Made by a program: the position numbers and the translations under genes | The notes under the pieces: model-generated | The model's database searches: none | What the model saw: the letters and a program-made list of their open reading frames with translations, nothing else | Told to the model about the DNA's origin: nothing | Origin: Octopus sinensis | Lineage: Eukaryota | Direction of reading: 5' to 3' | DNA: 64,000 nucleotides | Assembly (NCBI RefSeq): GCF_006345805.1 | Contig: NC_043007.1 | Span: 65,906,001-65,970,000 of the forward strand | Part shown: positions 1 through 14,465 of the stretch, one piece after another | Position numbering within the stretch: the stretch's first letter is position 1 | Layout of the letters: the number at the start of each line of letters is the position of its first letter

Positions 1-515
1 GTGTGCGTGTGTGTATGAGCGTGAGTGTGTGTGTGTGATAATACATATATGCTATATCTTGCCAGTTGACAGTGTATAGTGTGTATATGTTAAGTACAAT
101 GCATAGATGGCTGTTTTAATATAATACTACTTCAATTGCATACACCAGATTTTTATTCAGCCCAACGGTTATTCGTATTATTAGTGAATGTATCATTCAC
201 TGCTTCTTATATGTTAAATGAATGATCTCATCTAAGCATATGATTGCGAATATATATCATTGGCCAGGCCCAAGAAGGCTGAAAAGTACCTAGTGTTCTC
301 GCTAGCTTTGGCGCCAGGGCGAACTTTTCTGTCTGTCCGATATATATATATATGTATATGTGTGTTTGCGTGGGTGTGTGTGCATATAAATCCTTAAAAT
401 CCTTAAAATGTTTTAGCCCGAAGGCCGCGGCCATGCTGGGGCACCACCGCTATAGATCATATAGATACACACATACTTACATGCATACATACATATAAAC
501 ATGGGGAGACAGGTA

Positions 516-665
516 GGCGCAGGAGTGAGTGTGTAGTAAGAAGCTTGCTTCCCACATACATGGTTCCGCTGCGTAGAACCTTGGACAAGTGTCTTCTGCT
601 ATAGCCTCGGGCCAACTAAAGCTCTGCGAGTGGATTTGGCTGACGGAAAATAAAAGAATCCTGTC

Positions 666-718
<53 letters not shown>

Positions 719-983
719 GTGTGTGTGTGTGCGTGTATGTGTGTGTGTGTGTATGTGTGTGTGAGTGTGTGTATTTGTCTGTCTGGGTTTGTCCCCCCAC
801 CATCGCTTGACAACCTATGCTGGTGTGTTTACATCCTCATAACCTAGCGGTTCAGCAATAGACTGATAGAATAAGTACTAGGCTTACAAGGAATAAGTCT
901 TGGGGTTGATTTGTTTGACTACAGGCGGTGCTCCAGCATGGCCGCAGTCAAATGACTGAAACAAGTAAAAGAATAAAAGAATA
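516..983 (+). mobile_element. tRNA-derived SINE, family A (head + internal (TA)n(TG)n + conserved 3' body)
   Basis: tRNA-like head GGCGCAGGAGTGAGTGTGTAGTAAG and 3' end GCTCCAGCATGGCCGCAGTCAAATGACTGAAACAAGTAAAAG are shared with copies at 30027, 51035 and 25982. Confidence 0.85.
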
Positions 984-1022
984 CGTATACACACAAATAC
1001 ACAAACACACACACACACATAA

Positions 1023-1375
1023 AGGTGCAGGCGTGGCTATCTGGCAAGACGTTTGCTTCGCAACCACACGGTTCAGAGTTCAGTCTCACTGCGTGGCACC
1101 TTGGCGAGGTGTCTTCAACTATATATCCTAGTCGGTCAAAGCCTTGTGAGTGGATTTGGTACACAGAAACTGAAAGAAGCATATCGTACGTGTGTGTGTG
1201 TGTGTGTGTTTATGTCTGTGTTTGTTCCCCACCATCGCTTGACAACCAATGGTGGTTTGTTTACATTCCCATAATTTAGAGGTTCGGAAAAAGTTACCGA
1301 CAGAACAAGTAACAGGCTTTTGCAGGTAACAAGTAACAGTCATTAAACTACAGTCTAATGACTGAAACAAATAAA
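1023..1375 (+). mobile_element. SINE family A, diverged tandem copy
   Basis: GGTGCAGGCGTGGC...GGTTCAGAGTTCAGTCTCACTGCGTGGCACCTTGG aligns to the copy at 30027. Confidence 0.8.
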
Positions 1376-1700
1376 TTGTAACAGATATGGTCACGAGCAC
1401 CTGCTTATATGTGTATATATGGGTTTTTTTTCTCGAGTGCTCAACTCATGGAGAAGTTATACAGACTCACATATCTTAATCATTTGAAACCTGGCGAGGC
1501 CCGAAAATCTCTGCTTCCGATAAACATCGGATTTCTTCAAGTGGAATCGCCAGAGAATAAAAAGGTAGAGAGAAGACGGAAATAAGTATTTGTCCTCTGC
1601 ATTGGATGGACGCTTCATTCATCGATCACGTGATTCTGAAAGAATAAAAGAAAATGTCCTCTCAGCACCTAGCGCAGGAACAACAAATACTGCATGGCAT

Positions 1701-1701
1701 C

Positions 1702-1771
<70 letters not shown>

Positions 1772-1810
1772 GTCTGTCTGTCTGCTGTCTGTCTGTCTGT
1801 CTATCTACCA
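1701..1810. repeat. (CTAT)n/(CTGT)n microsatellite
   Basis: Direct reading. Confidence 0.95.
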
Positions 1811-1860
1811 GTCTGTCTGCCTGTATGCCTGTGTGTGCATCAATCGCTTTATGTATCTAC

Positions 1861-1908
<48 letters not shown>

Positions 1909-2422
1909 TATATATTTATATATACAATCAAAAATATATACTATAAGAGACGTACACATACAAGTATATATACATATATATATGTGTGTGTGTGTGTATA
2001 AGAACACAAGTACATACATACGCGTATTGCAATGCAGACACGCAGACAAGTAGATAGACAGAGAGATAGAGAGAAACAAAGAAAGAAAGAAATACACGTA
2101 ATATATTTATGGCAAAAGAGGTGGGGGGGGCTGTTCATTTGAAAATTTGAAGTCATTTTGTGAATAATTACTCTCTTTGTTTCAGTATTTAGAAAAAAAT
2201 ATCCCTTTTCTAACATTTATAAACTACACGTCTTTTCTCCTTTTAACGTTGCATTATATTTTGGCATGTACGGTATTTCACGGCACAAAACAGCCTTCAG
2301 GTCTGGTATTTAAGGCATGTTAGAATTCGAGGGTGATTTCTTCCAGTCTTCAAGTATGCAATTACAGGCGAGCATTGTATTTGCGTATACAAATCATTGG
2401 TAGTTTTGTTCTTCTATCCGTC

Positions 2423-2685
<263 letters not shown>

Positions 2686-2843
2686 ATATGTATATATGTA
2701 TGTGTGTGTATGTGTGTGTGTGTGTGTATCATATATTCATTTATCTTTCTATATAAACATTTGTATGTAGGTACGCATATAAATGTATGCATATATATGT
2801 ATAGATATATGCATATATACATACCTATATATATATACATATG

Positions 2844-2886
<43 letters not shown>

Positions 2887-3360
2887 ACATATATGTGCAT
2901 ATGTTTGTATGTGTGAATGTATATAAATGTTTATAAATGTAGACATGTAAGTACGTATGAACGCTAAAATAATACTTATAGGCAAGAAAAAGAGAGCGAA
3001 ATTTAAAGCATAGAAATAAGAAAAAAGGAAACAGTCTAATAATTTCATTCAGCCCATCCGTCATTCCATCGTTCTATCATTTCATCATTCCAATAGTAGG
3101 GAATTTTTCTCGAAATTTATCGTAATTAAAAGAGCCGCTAGGCTAGACAACAACTATTAAATACTAGAAAAAATATGGGAAGGAGAAAAATTATGGGGGA
3201 CAGGCAGGTTTCGAGGGAATTACCATAAACGTTGTCATCTTTCTTTCTTTCCTTCTATCTCTCCCTCCCCTCTCTCTGTGTATATATACATGTATTTTTT
3301 TTAAATTGATACATACATATATAAATACAGATTCATATATGCATTCCCATACATACATAA

Positions 3361-3417
<57 letters not shown>

Positions 3418-4164
3418 CAAATATACATAGTTTCATCGATACATGCGTGCACACAAACAAATAAGTAGAATATATATGCATATATATATACATATATTAT
3501 ATATATATGTATGCACACACATATATATATATATATGTACATGTATATGCATGTATGCATATATATATATATGTATATGCAAATATATATATATATATAA
3601 ACATATACATATATATATGTCTATATATATGTGTATATATATATATATATATATGCATACATAGATACATGCATTCACATATAAACACATACATTCATAT
3701 ATAAAAATACATAAGCATATACATACATACATACATGTATATAATTTATATAATTATTTTCTTACAATTGTCGGAATACATTTCATTTCTAATCTAATAA
3801 GTAAACTGATTTCGTCTCAGGTTTTTATCTCACTGGAATTGATCGACAGAAATTTATTTTTCTGCCAATCTGAAGTCAAGTTATTTTGGAATTGAAGATG
3901 GGGAAAAAAATGCATTCGAAAAATAAAATATGTGCGTATGTACGTTCGTTGCTGCAAAAATATGCACACACACACACACGTGCGAGCTCTGAGGTACATA
4001 TACTAACACACACATATTTCTTCCCGTCTGTGTAAATCAAAGATGAAACAGAGATATTTACGAAAACTAAACAAAAGAAATACAATTATATGGCATAATT
4101 ACATGAAAATCTAAAAGATCTGAAAATGTAAGTGATAGTAAGATATCAGACCCCCACAAAATTC

Positions 4165-4174
4165 TACTACTACA

Positions 4175-4220
<46 letters not shown>

Positions 4221-4294
4221 AAAATAATAATAATAATGACAACAACAACAGCAACAACAATAACAATAATAGTAATAATAATAGTAATAATAGC

Positions 4295-4365
<71 letters not shown>

Positions 4366-4423
4366 TATAATAATAATAATATTAATCATAAGCATAATAA
4401 TAATAATGACAACAACAGCAGCA

Positions 4424-4485
<62 letters not shown>
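4165..4485. repeat. Compound trinucleotide tract (CTA)n-(CAA)-(TAA)n
   Basis: Direct reading. Confidence 0.95.
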
Positions 4486-4486
<1 letters not shown>

Positions 4487-5055
4487 TTAAAGGAAAAACT
4501 GTGCTTAGATGATTTGGCGGCAAAGTAAGAAAAAAAGGTAAGAAAAAGGAAAAGATATTTGAAAGTTGATTAAAGGAAGTTAGTTCGTTGTCTGTCTGTA
4601 GAGAAGAGAAGTAGGTGAATAGTGGGGGACGGGTTCGGTGGGGTGTTTGAGTCGATATTGCTGATGAGAATAATGTGATTTGCGTGTTGGTGTGTTTAAG
4701 GTACGGTACTGTTGATAGTGGGAGCGTGTGTGCATGAGCAGGTCGCAATAATTTTTAATGAAACGTACGCATAGATACATGCGCACGCACGCGTATGCAT
4801 GCATGCATGCGCACGTAAGCATGCACATGAACGTGTGCGAACACAGACATATAGATACACACATATTCACACACACACACATATATATGTACCTGTGCAT
4901 ACTTGCATATATTGGCATATGCGCATGTATGTGTGTGTGTGTATGTGTAAATGTACATACATACATAATATATACACATATATAAATATATATAGATATA
5001 TATATATGCAATAAAATTACCTCAAGGACGTCTTTCTTTCCTCCTTTCTTTCCTC

Positions 5056-5090
<35 letters not shown>

Positions 5091-5347
5091 TGTTCTTCAG
5101 GGATGTAGTTTTTGAAGACGTTGATATTTTGGGTGGAGAAAAAGCAAAAAAAAAAAAAAAAGAAAAAAGAGAAATCAGAAAAAGAAAATCTAAAGACACG
5201 TTAATAAATTGATGACAGATTCTTGGGGAGAGAAGTTTTGAGAAATATCTTTAGATCTGTGGGAATAGACGTGAGAGAAGGGAGAGGTAATGAAAATGAG
5301 AAAAAGAGAATGAGGCAGTAAGAATAAAGAGCGCGGAACGACGAGAT

Positions 5348-5381
<34 letters not shown>

Positions 5382-5822
5382 TAGAAAGAGAGAGAGAGAG
5401 TGGGCGAAGAGAGAGAAAGGAAACGAAAGAACGAGAGTGGGAAGAGAGAGAAAGAGCGAGTGGGCGGGAGAAGTGGAGGGAAAGAGAATGCGTAGAATTT
5501 TATTCGTAGAGTAGGTGGGTGTAATTTTATGAAAAGCAGACTTCAAACATGATTCAAAATATCTTGGGAATGTCCGTGTTTCTTATTAGCCCTAGTGAAA
5601 GGACCTACGCACTAATATTCACGAACGACAAAACGCTTATTACAGGAAAATAATACTTCTCTTCCTCCTCCTCCTCCTTTTTCTTTATCATCACACCTTG
5701 TCATCAACATCACTCTTAATACGAGCCAGTGAGGAAGCTCTTACGTGGTCGCTTTACCACCACCACCACCACTACCATCACCACCACTGCCACCACCATT
5801 AACACCACCACTACTGATGCCA

Positions 5823-6490
5823 TAGAAGGGACTAGAGTTAACAACCTCTTCAGACCGAGCGCATGATACTGAAAAGCTTCGCTCAGTGATCATTCACCCG
5901 AATCACTGAGAAAACATCAGACATTGTGGCAGTCTACCCGCGCAAGACAGGACCGAAACCGGTCGCCCTGGGAACATTTTGTGTATCACTAGTTAGTCCT
6001 TGGCCAAAATTCTGAAATCTTCGATGAACAGAGATGTAGGCCAAAAGTTATCAATGTGGGCCCCCTTGTTTGGGGTATCTCTCAGAAGCACTATCACTCT
6101 ACTACTCATCGATTGCGGTAAATTCTTACCAAGAGCTCTCCAAACATACAAAAATAAAGCTCGTAGGGCAGACCATCCAAAAATGACGATTTCCTACTTG
6201 TACAATGATCCATCAAATCCCGTATCTCAGTGGTCTTTTTGCAACAATCCGTATATCTAGCCAAGAGTTGCGGCAGGTCGTCGAGACAGGCACTGAAATC
6301 CATCCTGCGTTTCGGGCCACCATTCGTCCCGAACAGTCAAAGAAAGTGATATTTGAAAACCAGCACACATCAACTTGGGTCGAGTAAAATGTGGCCATTT
6401 TGGTTAGGTCAAGATCGAATTGTGGTTTTGTTGCCCAGCTGTACTTTCACCACTCGAGCCCATCAAACTGTTATCGTCCACTCTTGCCTT
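5823..6490 (-). mobile_element. L1/Tx1-clade LINE ORF2 fragment (RT N-terminal part), degenerate with internal deletion
   Basis: Minus-strand frames give SSFLDGLPYELY (cf. KSPGLDGLPYE), NKGAHIDNFWPTSLFIEDFRILAK (cf. NYRPITLLNxDxKILAK) and GFGPVLRG...SVIRVND...RSV*RGC (cf. RSVRQGCPLSP). Multiple stops and frameshifts. Confidence 0.8.
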
Positions 6491-7746
6491 AGAGCAAGTA
6501 CCTTAGCTCTAACAACAGAGCTGATTTTTTAAAATATAAAAACATCTTGTTCATTCTTCTCCATTTTGAAGTGTTTTGGCCTTTGTGGTGGTGGTGTTGG
6601 GGTGGTTCAGAATAAAAGGCAATTCTACAGGAATTTGGAATTAAAATTTTTCCATATAAAAACAGCAAAAATTTTATGCTTGAATTGTCTTCTCTGATTT
6701 TATATTGCAAAGAGATATAACCACTTCAAAGAAAGAATTATTACCAACGTGAGATGAATATATAAATGGACACATATTGCATCTTTACATGTATGCTACT
6801 CACAGAGAAAACTTTTTTTTAATTTTTAGAAAACATCCATTTTAAAAGAAAATGCGTATATGTCATAATCGTAATCGTTCCGCATGATTTCTTTCCAATT
6901 CACCACGCTTCAGTGAGTGTGCTATCATCTCACCAGTTGTTTCGTTGATCAATTCCAAAAGGTTTGGAATTCTAAAGATTGATTTTTAGCAGCGTGTTGA
7001 CATCTGTTATTTCTGTATGTTGTAATTGAATTGTAGTCGACATAGCGCTAAGGACCTTATGCAATAATCCATCAATCTCGAGGTTTTGGCTTTTAACTCA
7101 CCGTATCTTAAGTTCAACAATCTCCGGGGCATTATATTTTGTCTAACTTACAGTATTTTCTAACTGTATGAAACATTGTTCCATTTGTTAGTCATATAGA
7201 ATATTCTCCATCCATCATGCAATTAATATTCCAAAACATCATGAGGTGGTGTTTGTTCCAAATAAACGTGCTAGTCAACTCTTTTCAATTGTTTCCTGAC
7301 CAACAGCGCGTCTTTCAATGAAACCAAATTAGTTTTAGCATACAGGAAATGGCACCATGGCAAATAATGGAATGTTGCAGACACTTCATTACAAATTGAG
7401 CTTTTGTGCTTCGCATCTCTGAAACAGGCATACATACACAATCGCAAGTAAATACGCACGCACGCACACACACACGCACACACACACATGCACACACACA
7501 CATATTTAATTTACTTGTTGAATATGTTTTAGGGATCAGTCGCTTCACTGAAATATTAGATTGTTTCTCTGTCATATACAGTCAAATATACGAGATAAAA
7601 TATTTTTTTTTTTTTTTTTACTTTCAACCTTAATGTATATCAGTATCTTGAATACCACATTTCGACACCACTTGATAGGGGATACCTAAAGTGTATTCGA
7701 AACGATTAAGATATTTCCAATTACTATACATTCTCAAATACGGATG

Positions 7747-8035
7747 TGGAGGCATGTGGCTTAGTGGTTAGGGGTGTTGGATATATGATCGCAAGATTGT
7801 GGTTTCGATTTCTGATTTTACAAGCCATGAGCATATAAGTCGTGGTCTTGTTGGGGAACTTGCCTTCAACCTTAGTGGGTACGTGATATTTAAAAGCCGC
7901 AGAAATGGCGAAGCATCCGGTGTTCGCCATCCGGGTGTCCATGACTCTGGGGTGTTTTAAACCCAGTGATTTGAGAGTATATACCCCACCACGCTATTGC
8001 TAACCACCGGAAAATGCACAAAACATATACATTAA
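7747..8035 (+). mobile_element. tRNA-derived SINE (separate family)
   Basis: A-box-like TGGCTTAGTGGTTAGG and B-box-like GGTTTCGATTTC, followed by a non-tRNA body and TA/TG repeats. Confidence 0.6.
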
Positions 8036-8070
8036 GTATATGTCTTTAATAATTGATATATATATATATA

Positions 8071-8121
<51 letters not shown>

Positions 8122-10296
8122 ATACAAGCGTGCTTGGACTTCCGTCGGTAATGAGTTCCAAGACATGCAATTTAACTCAACAGACGACGTGACAAGGAAA
8201 AACATTTTCAAAATTTTATTAGTTTACCTCTATTAGCTTATATCTATTTTAATAATTGATTTCATTATCAGCTTCAGTAATGGTTTTTATTTTTTTTCTC
8301 CATCTTATTTTTCTTAATTTTTATGCTTTTAAATACGTTCGCTGTGGTCGTTGCAAAGTCGAATAAATCAACTGAAGTTGAGTCTATTTTTTTTCCATTA
8401 ATTTCTTGAAAAAAAAAACTCGTAAAGTCGAATGCAAAAAGTGACTCGAAACGATTTAAGTTTAAGTACGTTGGTACCGGGTTTTTAGAATTCCTTATTA
8501 ACCCTGCTACGACAAAATGGAATTATAAAGTGTGTGTGTATGTATATGAGAATGTGTGTGTACGTATGTATGGTATCTAGAGACACATGTTAATTCGTCT
8601 TAATGTGGTTATTATTTACTGAGAGCGCTCTGTAAATATCTAGAAATTTATTGAAACTATTAACAACGTCTGTTTGAAATATATAAACGGGGAGAATAAA
8701 TCTTGAAGATATCAATATAAACAAAATGTGCATATATTTAACTCACATTAGACTTCTGTAAGTACTTGCGTCGTCAACTAGAATGAGGTAGATTGCTGTC
8801 AAACTTCAATATAAATGGTATACTGCGCAGTGTTTTATTTTAAAGTGATAAGTACATAAAAAGTGAAGAAGCGAGCACGTTTATTTATAACCAGAAAAAA
8901 ACCCTTCTTATCAATGTAGTAAAAATGGCTCGTGAGTTATATTAGGAACATAGATTAATAAAAATAAGCTTAACATCCCTAAAATCGATTAATGTGGCAA
9001 CTAAACACATTGGAATGTTAGAAGGTACATCTTAATTAATCTAATCGAAACATTTACTTAGTGAGAGTGTTCTTATAAGAAATTAGTTGGGACTATTAGC
9101 AGAAAATCAATAAACGGAATGAATGAATTTTATATATACCCATATAAAGAACGTTGCGTATATTGGCATAATTACGGAAATGTGCTCCCACCCAACTTCG
9201 TTTTCGCATAACTGTCTGAAATATAGGTATTTTTTAATGAAATTTTCTGAAAATACGCTTCACATAATGGCGATTATATCAGAATTAGCTAAGTATAAAA
9301 AAAGGGTCGCAGCAGATATTTCACGCATATCAACTTTGATTCCTTATGTTTTGATGATGTAGATTATAATTATATTGAAGAAAAAAATTACTTTTGATGA
9401 CTATTCTATCGTTTCCCTTTTGGAATTTATTAAATGAATATTTTTTTTTTAATAAAATGAAATTTTCCCGAGATACCGGCATAATTTTAAAAACAAAATC
9501 ATGAAAGAGGAATTTACTAGTATGGCTGTTCGATAAGCTATTGGCCAGGAAAAATATCAGTCTTTAAAAGATATTCGTTTAACAAATTCCAGAAGGGAAA
9601 GCGCAGAATATTCTCCCTAAGTAATTTTTCTTCAACATAAATGAGAAAGTTATGATGAAACAAAGTCGCAGCGTGTGTGAATTATCTGAAACTTCTCTAA
9701 CTTGCCTCAGAACATTTTCTCTTCGCAATAAATTCCGATATAATCGAAATCTACTTCATCTCAAACGTATTTTTAGAAAATTTCTTTAAAAAAGTATCCA
9801 TTTTCTCGAAAGTTATGAAGCAACAAAGTCATCGTAATTATACTTTACGGTAGCTTCTCAGTTTATTAGATGCTTCTACAACTACTTAGGTCTTCATAGC
9901 CTTCTATAGACTATTCCAGCAATCGGTATTTTGTTTAAAATTTATTATCATTACAATCATTGCATTTTAATGATTGTTGATATTAAGTACGTCACCGTAA
10001 CTCAGTATTAATTTCAACGTCTAAATTGTTTTATCGACCTTGGGACGTTTATAAGTAAAGACAACTTTCGTAAGATTTAAAAGTTGAAAAAAAAGGACCT
10101 AATTAAATGCAGCCACACGTTTTGTCGTTTTGACCAACGCTCAAATATTTCTTTTAATCTGTAATCCTAATAATAATTGCGACACGTATTCACACATATT
10201 CTTTGGTAAAGAGAAGACAGTTAATCTGGCAGACACTTTATTCCATCGACCCATAAAACAGAAGCCAAAAAACTCGACTTAGGCAGGTTTTGGAAT

Positions 10297-10405
10297 AATA
10301 ATGATGATGATGATGATGATGATGATGATAATAATAATAATAATAATAATAACAATAATAACTATAATAATATTAATAATGATAATAATAATAATAATAA
10401 TAATA

Positions 10406-10443
<38 letters not shown>

Positions 10444-10644
10444 AATAAAAATAATAATAAGAAGAAGAAGAAAAAGAAAAAGAAGAAGAAGAAAAATAAA
10501 AAGTAGAAGAAGAAGAAGAAGAAGAAGAAGAAGAAGAAGAAGAAGAAGAAGAAGAAGAAGAAGAAGAAGAAGAAGAAGAAGAAGAAGAAGAAGAAGAAGA
10601 AGAAGAAGAAGAAGAAGAAGAAGAAGAAGAAGAAGAAGAAGAAG
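10297..10644. repeat. Compound (GAT)n/(AAT)n/(AAG)n microsatellite
   Basis: Direct reading; source of the poly-M/I/R ORFs. Confidence 0.95.
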
Positions 10645-11046
10645 AATGAGTTACTAGTTGATTCATCCTGTCCGTTTGATTCCATGATTGTAAAGAAAGA
10701 AGATGAAAAGCTAAAAAAATACAATGACTTATATTCGGAAATTGTAAGAATTTGGAGTAAGAAAGTTATACCTATAATATTTGATGCATTAGGAAATGTG
10801 AGTAAGGGTATAGACAAATTGTTGTAGGAGATTAGAATACAATGTCTTATAGAGCTTCTATAGAAAGTTTGCCTCTTAGAGAAAGGAAAAATTATCAGGA
10901 GGGTTTTAAGTACTTGAAGGTCTACTGAAAGCTTGTGTATATCTAAGGTTATAGGGAGTAACCTGCTACTCACATAAATTCTACAAAGAATAAGAACAGA
11001 CCTGAGTCAAATCACAAAGAACAACAATAATAATAATAATAATAAT
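10645..11046 (+). mobile_element. R4/Dong-clade LINE 3' end (restriction-like endonuclease C-terminus, 3'UTR, (TAA)n tail)
   Basis: 10645-10917 translates as VDSSCPFDSMIVKKEDEKLKKYNDLYSEIVRIWSKKVIPIIFDALGNV...ELL*KVCLLEKGKIIRRVLST*, the RLE C-terminal signature. Two internal stops. Confidence 0.85.
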
Positions 11047-11047
11047 A

Positions 11048-11443
11048 CATGGCTTCTGATCTTAACTGATTAGAAGTGCTATCATGTACATGCTTTATGC
11101 TGGTGTAAAAGATGGGTAGAGCAAATATTCTGCTCAATACCTCAGATTTGTTTGTCGTTAACCTGTTGAACGTGTTCCTAAGTGGCTGACGATATGTGCA
11201 TTTCTGATCACGATCAGAAGTAGTAGGGGAGCATCATAGCCATGTGTTGAGAGGGATTCTTTGGGGTTTGATTAATTCTCCTCTGGAGATACGGGTGTTT
11301 TGTTCATCAGCCTTAACAACTTTTGATTCAGACCTTTTGAGCGGGATTGTCTCAACCAGAAGAAAATTCTAACTGGGCTCCCACCTGCAAGTAAATATTG
11401 TACACATATAGTTGTGATGCATGTATCTGATGTGCCCTTATCG
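11048..11443 (+). mobile_element. ~525-bp (TAA)n-associated interspersed repeat, partial copy
   Basis: Aligns to the complete copy at 22282-22806. Confidence 0.85.
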
Positions 11444-11569
11444 TCCGTCGCTACGTTCTGAGTTTAATTTCCGACTTTGCTTTTAATCCTTTCGGAGTCG
11501 ATAAATTAAGTACCAGTGAAACACTGGGGTCGATGTAATTTCAGGCCTTGTGCCTTCAGTTGAAAGGAT

Positions 11570-11570
<1 letters not shown>
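11444..11570 (+). mobile_element. SINE family B, partial
   Basis: TACGTTCTGAGTTTAATTTCCGAC...TAAGTACCAG...CTGGGGTCGATGTAAT matches 42394 and 48384. Confidence 0.75.
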
Positions 11571-11643
<73 letters not shown>

Positions 11644-12263
11644 GCAACAGCAGTAGTTGTAGCACTACAGCTGCAACAAACATCTATAGTAGCTGAAGAT
11701 ATTGTATTCATGAAGGTGTTTATATGGTCACGATGTCACGCGCGCGTGCGACACTGGGACATAGGAAAAGAGAGGAGAGAGAGAGAGAGAGAGGGTGAGA
11801 GGCAGATAGACAGACAGAGACAGAGAGGGAGGGAGAGTGAGAAAGAGAGAGAGCGAAAGAGAGAGAGAGAGGGAGAAAGAGTGCGAGAATGAGATAGATA
11901 AAGAGAGGGAGAGAGAGAAAGAAAGAGAGCAAATACGGGTCACGGACAATGTGTCTGCAAGATGGATTACTTAAAAATAGAGAGAGACTTTAGAATAATA
12001 GTTAAAGGGTCAGTTCGAGAAGGGGTCAGAAAAAGGAGCGAAGACTTATGTTGGTGTAAGAGAGAGAGAGAGATAAAAATAACACACATATGCACATAAA
12101 AATGTATATATATATATATAATATATATATATAATATATATATATATATATACAAATATATAACCCATACCATATGTGTGTGTTTGTGTGTGTGTGTATG
12201 TATATATACATAGAGAGAGGGAAAGAGAGAAGGAGAAAGAGAAATGGCTTGATGAAAGGACAA

Positions 12264-12300
<37 letters not shown>

Positions 12301-12301
12301 C

Positions 12302-12349
<48 letters not shown>

Positions 12350-14160
12350 GAAGAGCCACTGGTCTAAGGGAGGCCGAGTAAGAAGTGATGGATTGCTATT
12401 TGAAGGGGAGACGGGTCGTTTTGTTCAGCGCCGATCGGAAACGGTGAAACTAGAATGGCGAAACGAGATATTCCAACTGAAACGATTCGCCTTTACCCTC
12501 ATTCGAAACAACCTTTTAGCATTTTCTTTTGTTCTTTGCTTTGGGGGGGGGGGGGGCTTGTTTTGTTTTGTTTTGTTTGTTAATCTTTTATCTGTGTCCG
12601 ACAAATTTCCAATCCTATTTATTTCACCCATAAATTTTGCCGTTTTGCTACTACACCTTATAATCTCGGAATTATTGTCGTTGTTCTTTTTGCTGCTGTT
12701 GTTGTTGTTGTTGCTGTTGCTGCTGCTGCTGCTGTTGTTGTTGTTGTTGTTTCATTTATTTATTTATTTTTCATTTTTCATTACGTATTTATTTTTCTAT
12801 TGTTTTGTTTGTTTGTTTGTTTTTTTTCTTTGGCTGCAAACAATATTCTTACTGCTGTTTCTCCTATTGTGCTTTCTACTGATGTTGCACACCTTTATTA
12901 GAGTCGATTCTTTTATTTCTGGGTGTTGAAACAGTATTAAATGTCGTCGATGTTGTTGTTATTGTTATTGTTATTGTTGTTGTAGATGTTGTTATTCTGT
13001 GTTGTTCATTATTAACAATGTGGTAGAAATTGTTTTCCTTTTAATGTTGTTTTCATAGTTTTCCTCTCACTAATTATTTTTTATGTCTAATCACTACCGT
13101 TGTTGTTGTTGTCGTTGTTGGTAGTAGTGGCGGCGGTGGGGGGTGGGGTGGAGCTAGTGGTTGTGTTGTTGATTGTTCATGTTTATTATTATGCTAGTGA
13201 TTGTTGCCTTCGTCGTCTTTTCTTTTTGCCGTCATCATCGTCAGCAATCCCAATATCTTTGCATTTCTCGTAATAAATATAATTAAGGTTGTCGTTGTTA
13301 TTGTTCCTGTTTCTGTTATTGTTGTTGTTGTTGTTGTTGTTGTTGCTGTTGTTGTTATTGTTGTTGTTATTAACACCTTAAGGTGGAGGGAGCGGCATCC
13401 ATCTGTTCGTAACGTATCAACAGCCAAAGACCTTGATTTACGAAAGTCGTAGTCACCCTTCGTCTCAAAAGGTCCCTAAAGACACGAAAAAAGGGTGTGA
13501 AGAGATTATTTTCATTACCTTGAAGAAATGTCGCTGATGCATGTAGGTGTGGTAGGAAGCCAAAAAGGGAAAAGAGCGCACAAGAGAAAAAAAGTAGGAA
13601 AGAGAAATAGACAGAAGGAGGCAGTTTGAGACAGAGAAGAGGAAGAAGTGGAGGGATAAGAGGGGTAGAGTTAGAGGGGGATTAAGAGATTGATAGATAT
13701 AAAGGGGAAGTTTAGTGAGTTGCTGTTAATGCTGGTGTAACTCAAATGTCGTTAGATTGATTGATAGTGCTCTGAAAGGTTTCAGATAGATTAAATGGCT
13801 TAAGCGTGTTCACTCTTTAGTCAAGTTATCGGTGGGTCAACTTAGAAAGGCTTACCGGACCCCCACTGCTGGATCATTGTAGGGAGATTTTGGTAGGGAT
13901 AGATCCCTAGCGAAAGATTCGGATAGAAGTAGAGGTAGATTCTTTGTGTAGCAGATTTCATTCTTTGTACTCCGCCGATTTTTGCCTATTTATGTGCATT
14001 CATGTGTACATACCAACCCATAGACACGCACACACACACACACACACATACACACACAAACGCACACGTATATTATATATATATATATATATACACATGT
14101 ATACATATATGTATATATTAATTAATAAATCATTAATGACAAAAAAGTTACGTAATCACA

Positions 14161-14234
14161 GGCAAATGGCGTAGTGGTTAAGAGCGTGGGCTACTAACTC
14201 CAAGATTCCGAGTTCGATTCCAGGCAGTGACCTG

Positions 14235-14286
<52 letters not shown>

Positions 14287-14465
14287 TCGAAGAATACCTT
14301 AGGAATGTGAACTAAGGTTCGAAATTTCCCCAAGACACCTAATAAAGGCTGGAGGGTATATCAGCCGAAACGTTGTATTAAAAATAAGCAACATGAGGAC
14401 AAATATCCGTCAAATGTAAATAACGTAAATAATGTATATAATTCCTCATCTCTTAAATGTAGAAC
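14161..14465 (+). mobile_element. tRNA-headed SINE-like element with (AAT)n spacer and hammerhead-like body
   Basis: A box TGGCGTAGTGGTTAAG, anticodon-like loop CTACTAA, B box GAGTTCGATTCC, then (AAT)n at 14235-14283 and the hammerhead fold at 14334-14379. Confidence 0.75.
14334..14379 (+). ncRNA. Degenerate minimal type-I hammerhead ribozyme
   Basis: GACAC-CTAATAA(A)-GGCTG/CAGCC-GAAA-CG-TT-GTATT. The core has G5A and G8A, stem III is the palindrome ACGT, and stem I has one mismatch. Confidence 0.65.

Noticed and set aside
7672-7710. Hammerhead-like TTGATAG-GGATAC/GTATTC-GAAAC
   Set aside because: A9 is missing, and stems I and III do not form.
9645-9835. Imperfect 27-bp direct repeat GAAAGTTATGA...AACAAAGTC
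   Set aside because: Probably a subterminal repeat of an old DNA transposon; no termini could be defined.
14161-14232. tRNA genes here and at 7747, 30027 and 50220
   Set aside because: A and B boxes are present but the acceptor stems do not close and SINE bodies follow, so these are SINE heads.
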